DNA of 64,000 nucleotides from Dehalococcoidia bacterium. GTDB taxonomy: Bacteria; Chloroflexota; Dehalococcoidia; Lucifugimonadales; UBA1127. Position numbers and translations under genes: made by a program. A model generated the notes under the pieces. That model was not told the origin of the DNA. It was given only the letters and a program-made list of their open reading frames with translations, and made no database searches. Every line of letters begins with the position of its first letter. The stretch's first letter is position 1. The stretch covers positions 2,131,979 through 2,195,978 of the forward strand of contig OZ244559.1 in NCBI GenBank assembly GCA_965217675.1, written 5' to 3'. Shown here in pieces: positions 62,395 through 64,000 of this stretch.

Positions 62395-63519
62395 CTAGCC
62401 AATGTTGTACAGGCGTGAGCAGTTTTCCCACAAAATGCGCTTCTTGCTCTCATTGGTCACGTCCGGCATTTTCAGGAACTCCTCCGTTGCGTAGGGGAAC
62501 TCCGAGTCGTGGTGGGGGTAGTCGGTGGAGAAGACGACGTTGGCGTCACCAAACGCGTCGAGTGTGTACTTGAGCTCGGCCTCGTCGGCCTCTGTGCCCA
62601 CGTAGCAGTTGCTGCGGAAGTAGTCGCTGGGCTTGCGGGTGAGGATGCGAGCGTCCCACTCGCCGTAGAGCTCGTAGTCGCGGTCCATTCGCGCGAGCCA
62701 GAAGGGGACCCAGCCTGCATTCGCCTCGAGGTATGCGGCGCGGAGGCCGGGGAAGAGCTCGAAGACGCCGCCGCAGACCATGCTCATCACTGCCTTCATC
62801 ATGCCGATGGGGTGGGAGCAGGCATGGCGCATCAGCCGGTTGTCGCCGAACTCCGAGCCATCCTGATGATAGACCGACCCCGTGCCCTCGTGGAAGCCCA
62901 CCGGCACGTCGAGCTCCTGCAGCGTGCTCCATAGCGGGTGGTAGTAGCCGCTGTGGAGCGTCCTGCCGTTGACGAAGTTGGGGCGCATGTAGACACCCAC
63001 CGCGCCGAGCTCCTTAACGGCCCGCTCGGCTTCCTTGGCCGCCTCCCCCGAATCGTGCTTGGGGAGCATCGCGCACACCTTCATGCGTGCCGGGTCCGCC
63101 TGGCAGAAGTCGTAGAGCCAGTTGTTGTAGGCGCGGCACACGGCGGCCGAAAGGCCTGGGTCCACGTTGTCCATGCCGTTGGGGATATAGAGCGCCACCG
63201 TCGGGAACATGATGGCGATGTCTATGCCCTCCATGTCCATTGCTTCAAGTTGGGACTCGCCGGTGTACCCCTTGTCGCGCATGGGCTTCGATGCGGCGTC
63301 GGCACGGCTGGCCATTCCAACGTTGCGGACTGGATTGTCCACGTCGACCGTCGGAAATGCGTGACCTTCGAAGAGGAAGATGCCGACGCGCTGCCCCCGG
63401 ACGCGGGTGATCTTGGGGGCCTGGTGCTTGTAGGGGGCGTCCAGATACCGATCAAATAGGTCGTTGGGCTCGACAATGTGCATGTCGGAGTCCATCACGG
63501 AGAAGCCGTTCTTGGCCAT
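62395..63519 (-). CDS. Amidohydrolase-2 family metal-dependent hydrolase/decarboxylase (ACMSD-like)
   Basis: Starts ...VMDSDMHIVEP. Has HEGTG, ...STDYPHHD metal-ligand pattern. ATG 63519. Confidence 0.8.
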   Translation of the reverse strand: MAKNGFSVMDSDMHIVEPNDLFDRYLDAPYKHQAPKITRVRGQRVGIFLFEGHAFPTVDVDNPVRNVGMASRADAASKPMRDKGYTGESQLEAMDMEGIDIAIMFPTVALYIPNGMDNVDPGLSAAVCRAYNNWLYDFCQADPARMKVCAMLPKHDSGEAAKEAERAVKELGAVGVYMRPNFVNGRTLHSGYYHPLWSTLQELDVPVGFHEGTGSVYHQDGSEFGDNRLMRHACSHPIGMMKAVMSMVCGGVFELFPGLRAAYLEANAGWVPFWLARMDRDYELYGEWDARILTRKPSDYFRSNCYVGTEADEAELKYTLDAFGDANVVFSTDYPHHDSEFPYATEEFLKMPDVTNESKKRILWENCSRLYNIG

Positions 63520-63656
63520 GGGGCGGTCGCTTTCTCGCGCGGCAGGGCGCGACTGCAGAATGACGGGATGGTGCCATTGCGGGCCGCCGTGTGTCAATGC
63601 GCCCATTGACGCCGCGTGGTTGTGCTACCGTAGCCTCACTGCGAGGAGGGCAGACG

Positions 63657-64000
63657 ATGGCGGACCACGAAGCGCCCAAGGGTCTACACAAGCGCACAAA
63701 GACGCAAGAGCGGCGGCTGGCCGAGCTCGAATCGGCGATGGTGACCCTGCAGTCCGCGTACGCAGGCGCGTCCCGGCCCGGGGGCGATGCAGAAGGAGCG
63801 GGTCTGGCCGGGGGGCTGGCTCAAACACAGGGGGAATACGACGACGCTCTGCTCGTGCTGCGGGATCTCCAGGCCATGGCCCGCCGCTTGCGCGATTGGG
63901 GACTGACCCCGGTCGATACGGCGTCGTGGGCGAGCGTTTGCCGCAAACTCGGTATGCCTTCAGCCAGCGGAGCGCACGCCACCCTGCGCTCCCGCGAGCC
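63657..64000 (+). CDS. Hypothetical protein, N-terminal part (runs off the window)
   Basis: ATG 63657 with GAGGAGGG 6 nt upstream. The frame stays open for all 114 codons to the window end (MADHEAPKGLHKRTKTQERRLAELESAMV...). Confidence 0.4.
   Translation, partial: MADHEAPKGLHKRTKTQERRLAELESAMVTLQSAYAGASRPGGDAEGAGLAGGLAQTQGEYDDALLVLRDLQAMARRLRDWGLTPVDTASWASVCRKLGMPSASGAHATLRSRE

Overview
High-GC bacterial chromosomal segment: hand counts on sampled 60-nt lines give about 63% G+C. It is densely coding with many 4-8 nt gene overlaps. The DUF2298 'chlor_Arch_YYY' giant membrane protein, together with several flavin/LLM, Rieske, MFS and amidohydrolase genes, suggests a Chloroflexota-like organism (inference only). 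Most of the window is housekeeping: def-cca-secDF, comEA/comEC, moaA/moaC, rdgB, a Ktr/TrkA potassium cluster, pheA, gap-eno, and a PyrR-attenuated pyrR-pyrB-pyrC-carA-carB operon. Also tig-clpP-clpX, a fused EtfB-EtfA, hisIE-thrB-lysC, and assorted catabolic or transport genes. I recognised no rRNA, tRNA, CRISPR array, transposase or integrase. The most unusual stretch is 15.07-17.25 kb. It holds three tandem ~216-258 bp repeats, each with a conserved hairpin and a possible short Cys-containing ORF. These are followed by a G-run tract, a lower-GC (45-55% in four sampled lines) stand-alone DUF3800 gene, and two abutting perfect palindromes that share a core motif with the repeats. Other notable items: a single-polypeptide EtfB-EtfA, a split sulfopyruvate/phosphonopyruvate-decarboxylase-like pair with an amidohydrolase, an FAD-oxidase/2xMFS/DUF971/methyltransferase cluster, a Pro-rich small ORF between moaA and moaC, and dispersed permease-less Opp/Dpp-type ABC parts. 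All functional calls rest on motifs I recognise in the translations. No database search was run, and several start codons differ from the ORF track on the basis of Shine-Dalgarno placement.
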